Positions 28,597 through 32,000 of a stretch of 32,000 bases of DNA are shown piece after piece. Under the pieces are notes generated by a model. It made no database searches, had not been told where the DNA came from, and saw only the letters and a list, made by a program, of their open reading frames with translations. The translations under genes and the position numbers were made by a program. This DNA is from Candidatus Paracaedimonas acanthamoebae. GTDB lineage: Bacteria; Pseudomonadota; Alphaproteobacteria; Caedimonadales; Caedimonadaceae. The stretch spans positions 690,001-722,000 of the forward strand of contig CP008936.1 of NCBI GenBank assembly GCA_000743035.1, in the 5' to 3' direction. Within the stretch, counting starts at the first letter, position 1, and every line of letters begins with the position of its first letter.

Positions 28597-29570
28597 CTTA
28601 ATTTAACCTGAGTTGCGTTTAAGAGGGGTGTTTAAGCTAAGAGATGTATGAGGTATTCTCTATTTGCAAAAAGATAGGGAGCTACCTCAATGTTGATAGA
28701 TTATTTTTGTTTGTCGATGACTTTTGTAAGGGTTTTGAGTCTTGGTATCAGAAGCAATTGCTATCTGATCGTTTGATAAAGCGCCATAGAGATGGACATC
28801 TAAAATTATCAGAAGTACTGACAATTCTGATTGCATACCATCAATCTGGGATGGCTTGTTTTAAATACTTTTACTTGGACTTAAGCTCTTATTATCGTCA
28901 TTTGTTTCCAAGGCTTGTTCATTATGCTCGTTTTATCAAACTCATTAAGCAAGCCTTCCCAGCCCTTGTTTGCTTACTCAAAAGTCTAGTAGGAGAGATC
29001 ACAGAATATTTATTCATTGATTCTACCCCCATGGCTGTTTGCCATAATTTGCGAGAGAAGAAGCACAAGGTCTTTAAGGGATTGGCTACGAAAGGAAAAA
29101 CTTCAACAGGGTGGTTTTTTGGTTTGAAGATTCATTTGATCTTTAACACCCATGGTGAAATTATTCATCTTGCTATCACCCCTGGAAATGTTAACGACAA
29201 AACACCTGTGGCAGAAATGGTCAAAGGTATAACAGCTAAACTCATTGGAGATAAAGGATACCTCTCTCATAAACTCTTCCAACACTTATTTGAAAATGGG
29301 ATCACACTCTTACCAAAATTAAGAAAAATATGAAAAACATCCTTATGGATACAGCAGATAAACTCATGTTGATGAAAAGATCTTTTATAGAAACTATATT
29401 TTCTTCTCTCAAATCATTGAATACCTTAATCCATCACCGACATCGATGCCCAATCAATGCTTTTGCTCATCTTTTTGCTCGGCTTATTAGTTATCAACTC
29501 AGGACTGACAAGCCCTCTTTGCATAATCTCACAACGCTCATCACTTAAACACAACTCGGGTTAAGTAAAG
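28597..29570 (+). mobile_element. IS982-family insertion sequence, full length (~974 bp) with a frameshifted transposase
   Basis: The 27-bp terminal inverted repeats match at 23/27 positions: IRL cttaatttaacctgagttgcgtttaag (28597-28623) and IRR cttaaacacaactcgggttaagtaaag (29544-29570). They enclose an IS982-type DDE transposase. No flanking target-site duplication is evident. Confidence 0.85.
28644..29548 (+). pseudogene. IS982-family DDE transposase split into two ORFs (28644-29333 and 29330-29548) by a 1-nt frameshift
   Basis: FVDDFCKGF, IDSTPMAVCHN, GWFFGLKIHL, LIGDKGYLS, then KLRKI* / MKNILMDTADKLMLMKRSFIETIFSSLK...HHRHRCPINAF. Intact IS982 transposases read through ..RKNMKN.. here. 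One extra A in the A5 run (29322-29326) would restore the frame. Confidence 0.8.
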
Positions 29571-29574
29571 ATCA

Positions 29575-29825
29575 AACAGCTCGTCAAAAGAAACGAGGTA
29601 ACCCAAGAGATGGGTAGGTCCTTGTTGTGTTTCGTCAATTAACGGATGAACGGCCCACTTATGGATATTGGCGCATCACAGCGCTGCTCAGGAAGAAACT
29701 CAACAAGCCATTAACGCCAAAAGTGTTTATCGGATCATGAAAGAATATGGCTTACTTTTACAAAAGCATGATAAGAGGCCTGTTTGCGTTCATGACGGTA
29801 AGATTATTACCTTGAAAAGGAAAAA
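29575..29825 (+). pseudogene. IS3-family (rve-type OrfB) transposase remnant
   Basis: Hand translation gives LVVFRQLTDERPTYGYWRITALLRKKLNKP, then after a frameshift INAKSVYRIMKEYGLLLQKHDKRPVCVHDGKIITLKR. This is the conserved N-terminal part of IS3 OrfB (..RPTYGYRRITALL..VNHKRVYRIM.E.GLL..). It is truncated on the left by the IS982 IRR and lacks the DDE core on the right. Confidence 0.6.
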
Positions 29826-29828
29826 TGA

Positions 29829-30113
29829 TTAACTTTTTTTATTTTCAATTGTGAGCCAAGGATACATCTGCTGCGTAATGTACTTTTCTAATAGTTTTCT
29901 TACCTCTTCAGAAAATAAGGGAGATATTTTATTTAATAGAGCTAAGGGAGATTCTCCATACATAGCACTTAAATATTCTAATGAGTCAATAAAGTCATGA
30001 GAAAGCCTTTCCATATCATATATATCTATATTATGGAATAATTCTTCTAACTGAGGCCTAACTTGGTCCCATTCATTTTCAATTTTATTAATTGCTATTT
30101 TATCAATATTCAT
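29829..30113 (-). CDS. Small acidic helical hypothetical protein
   Basis: 94-aa ORF with an ATG start, no TM segment and no recognisable motif. It abuts the IS3 remnant. Confidence 0.45.
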   Translation of the reverse strand: MNIDKIAINKIENEWDQVRPQLEELFHNIDIYDMERLSHDFIDSLEYLSAMYGESPLALLNKISPLFSEEVRKLLEKYITQQMYPWLTIENKKS

Positions 30114-30386
30114 AATTCTAAAATGTGTTTATGTTTCTTATTAAGAATATTCATAAATATCAAACTCAAACCAGTTAACAATTTGAATAATTTTAAATAT
30201 TTGGCCGTGAACATAGTATAATTAATCAAGACTTATTTATTAAATAGTTAAATGATAATACGTTACAAATTGGCGTAATTTAAAGCTAAGCGCTTATAAT
30301 CTTTTAATATACTAAGATTAATAAAGAACTTTGGTCTATCCCTTGCCTATATAGACAAGGGAATAAAACAAAAAAGCATCATAAGT

Positions 30387-30653
30387 CTAACGATTGTTAT
30401 CATGCTTATCATGAGTGTCTTGTTCCTCATCAATGTCGCCTGTATCTTCATAATGGTTGCCTGAGAGCCAATCACTAATCTTCTCTTCAATAGCTTCTTT
30501 TGTATCTCCATACTTCTCTTGAAGGTAACCTACAGCTTCTTGCATCCCACCCTTCATCTTATCTAATTCTAAATCTGTAAGGTCGCCCCAAATTTCTTTA
30601 AGATTTCCTTTAATCTGATTCCACTTGCCTTCTAATTGATCTGTATTCATCAT
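30387..30653 (-). CDS. csbD: CsbD-family stress-response protein
   Basis: QLEGKWNQIKGNLKEIWGDLTDLELDKMKGGMQEAVGYLQEKYGDTKEAIEEKISDW is the CsbD signature. AGGAGG spacing favours the second ATG (30650) as the start. Confidence 0.88.
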   Translation of the reverse strand: MMNTDQLEGKWNQIKGNLKEIWGDLTDLELDKMKGGMQEAVGYLQEKYGDTKEAIEEKISDWLSGNHYEDTGDIDEEQDTHDKHDNNR

Positions 30654-30974
30654 GGCCTCCTTCTTATATAGTTGATAAGCTTTTATAAGTTGAAGAATTC
30701 CACTAATTTTATACAGTAGAATTTTACTTAAAAATTCTTCTTAAAAATATGGACATAGCTAGTATATCAGTGTTTGTTAAAGCTCCTATATCATGCTTGC
30801 GGCCATTGTTTATTTACGTTGATACTATGCTGGTTTACATCGCAATCTTCTGCTATATATGTGATTGAAAATATAATGTTTTCCGTATACTCCCCTCCCC
30901 TTTCATATACTCAATGATTTTCCTCAACAGTTTGCTGTGCTAAGGTCTCAAGTGTTAAATGAAAGGAACAAAAA

Positions 30975-31250
30975 ATGACTAAAGCTGAATTAGTTGCAGA
31001 AATTGCAAAAGTAGCAGGATCAACAAAGCAAGATTCTGAGCGTGCTCTTAATGGCGTTTTTGATTCAATCAAAGAAGCGCTGAGTAAAGGTGAGGAAGTC
31101 CGTCTAACAGGTTTTGGAAGCTTCAAAGTAAACGGGAGAGCCGCCCGCACAGGAAGAAACCCAAGAACAGGTGCAGAGATTAAGATTGCTGCAAGCAAAG
31201 TTCCTGTTTTTAGGCCGGGAAAAGAACTGAAAGACGCTGTTAACAAATAA
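30975..31250 (+). CDS. hupB: Nucleoid-associated DNA-binding protein HU
   Basis: The 91-aa protein MTKAELVAEIAKVAGSTKQDSERALNGVFDSIKEALSKGEEVRLTGFGSFKVNGRAARTGRNPRTGAEIKIAASKVPVFRPGKELKDAVN is a canonical HU/IHF fold sequence. Confidence 0.93.
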   Translation: MTKAELVAEIAKVAGSTKQDSERALNGVFDSIKEALSKGEEVRLTGFGSFKVNGRAARTGRNPRTGAEIKIAASKVPVFRPGKELKDAVNK

Positions 31251-31462
31251 CAGCTCAAGCTATCAGTTAAAAGATAAGGTTTTCACGTTAGATTCTGTGC
31301 AACCCCCAATTAAAGATCCAGATTTAGGTTCGCATTTCAATTAATGATTTTGCATAGGTGGTATAAAAATTGATGATTTTTAAGATGTTTATATTAATAG
31401 GAAATAAGCCAGCTCTTAAATCTTTTATTAATTAACAGGATATAGCCTTGCTTTTAGCCACC

Positions 31463-32000
31463 TTAACCAGAAGTCCCAACATCTGGTATTGATGGTATTA
31501 ACAATTCTTGGAATGTATTGATGCCAGCAGTATCTTCATCATCTAAAATTTGTTGATCAAATAACTCAGCTCGTTTACCACTATAAAGTAATAAGTTCGC
31601 TTTGGAGAATGCCCCCTTCAAAATTTGTAAACGCTCATTTAAATGAGGATGTATTGGAGTTAATTCTAAAAGATTTTTACTAAGATTAACTTCTTTAATT
31701 TCCTTTAGAGAGTTAGGCATATCATCAATTGCTGGTTTTAAGTGGTGGCGCCATTCAAGACCAGTATTCTGAAGGTTCAGCTTTTGAAGGTAAGCCATGT
31801 CTTTCAAGCTAGAAAACACCAACTTTAAGTCATAGATTAAATTATGGTTACTTTGTAGGTTTAATGTACGAAGCCCTTTCATCTTTGACAATGTTTTTGC
31901 AAGTTTTTTAGCATATTTATTATCTTGTCGCCATGCAGGAAGAGTAAATTCTTCAATAAGATGGATATCTTCATAGCTTCGTATCTCTTTAAAGCGTGCA
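31463..32000 (-). CDS. Leucine-rich-repeat protein, C-terminal part. The N-terminus lies beyond the window end.
   Basis: LRR units are LRTLNLQSNHNL, LQKLNLQNTGL and IKEVNLSKNLLEL. The track starts it at TTG 31891. Hand translation shows the frame stays open upstream to position 32000 (..ARFKEIRSYEDIHLIEEFTLPAWRQDNKYAKKLAKTLSKMKGL..), so the gene is probably longer. Confidence 0.75.
   Translation of the reverse strand, partial: ARFKEIRSYEDIHLIEEFTLPAWRQDNKYAKKLAKTLSKMKGLRTLNLQSNHNLIYDLKLVFSSLKDMAYLQKLNLQNTGLEWRHHLKPAIDDMPNSLKEIKEVNLSKNLLELTPIHPHLNERLQILKGAFSKANLLLYSGKRAELFDQQILDDEDTAGINTFQELLIPSIPDVGTSG

Noticed and set aside
30671-30703. Possible EcfG-type general-stress promoter (GGAAT-N17-CTTA) upstream of csbD
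   Set aside because: It matches only 4/5 and 2/4 positions of the GGAAC-N16/17-CGTT consensus. No similar element lies upstream of the KGG gene. It is not supported.
30911-31258. 115-aa minus-strand ORF covering the HU gene
   Set aside because: The plus strand encodes a textbook HU protein. The antisense ORF is an artefact of the Ala/Gly/Lys-rich codons.

Overview
This is an AT-rich bacterial chromosome segment. I infer an alphaproteobacterium from the ChpT phosphotransferase, the rluD-rpoH pair and the lpxC-bamD-recN-ligA block. The eukaryote-like proteins and IS debris suggest an intracellular, Holosporales/Rickettsiales-like lifestyle, but that is inference only.

Positions 1-23.5 kb are densely packed core genes: uvrC (partial, found by hand translation), an M23 peptidase, rluD, rpoH, dnaE, an AmpD-like amidase, chpT, a UDG-family glycosylase, ubiA, ligA, recN, bamD, lpxC, cca, a lipoprotein and an RRM-type RNA-binding protein. 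Two things interrupt this block. One is an unexplained 0.8-kb gene-free spacer (8944-9767). The other is a two-gene insert between ubiA and ligA, made of an OMP beta-barrel and a 636-aa secreted coiled-coil protein with a polyproline tract.

Positions ~23.5-30.4 kb are a visibly more AT-rich accessory patch full of mobile-element debris. It holds an internally deleted serine recombinase, a CHAP-type amidase and a bicistronic membrane-protein + Host_attach/baeRF1-like cassette. It also holds a truncated IS982-family copy inverted relative to a full-length but frameshifted copy. Those two copies bracket ~2 kb of small stress or membrane genes (DUF378 and a KGG-repeat protein among them). An IS3-family remnant sits next to the full copy.

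The window ends with csbD, hupB (HU) and a leucine-rich-repeat protein that runs off the edge. I saw no rRNA, tRNA or CRISPR array.

The best candidates for undescribed biology are the membrane + baeRF1-like cassette (24992-25988) and the OMP + polyproline coiled-coil pair (12026-14667). All family assignments rest on motifs recognised by eye; no searches were run.
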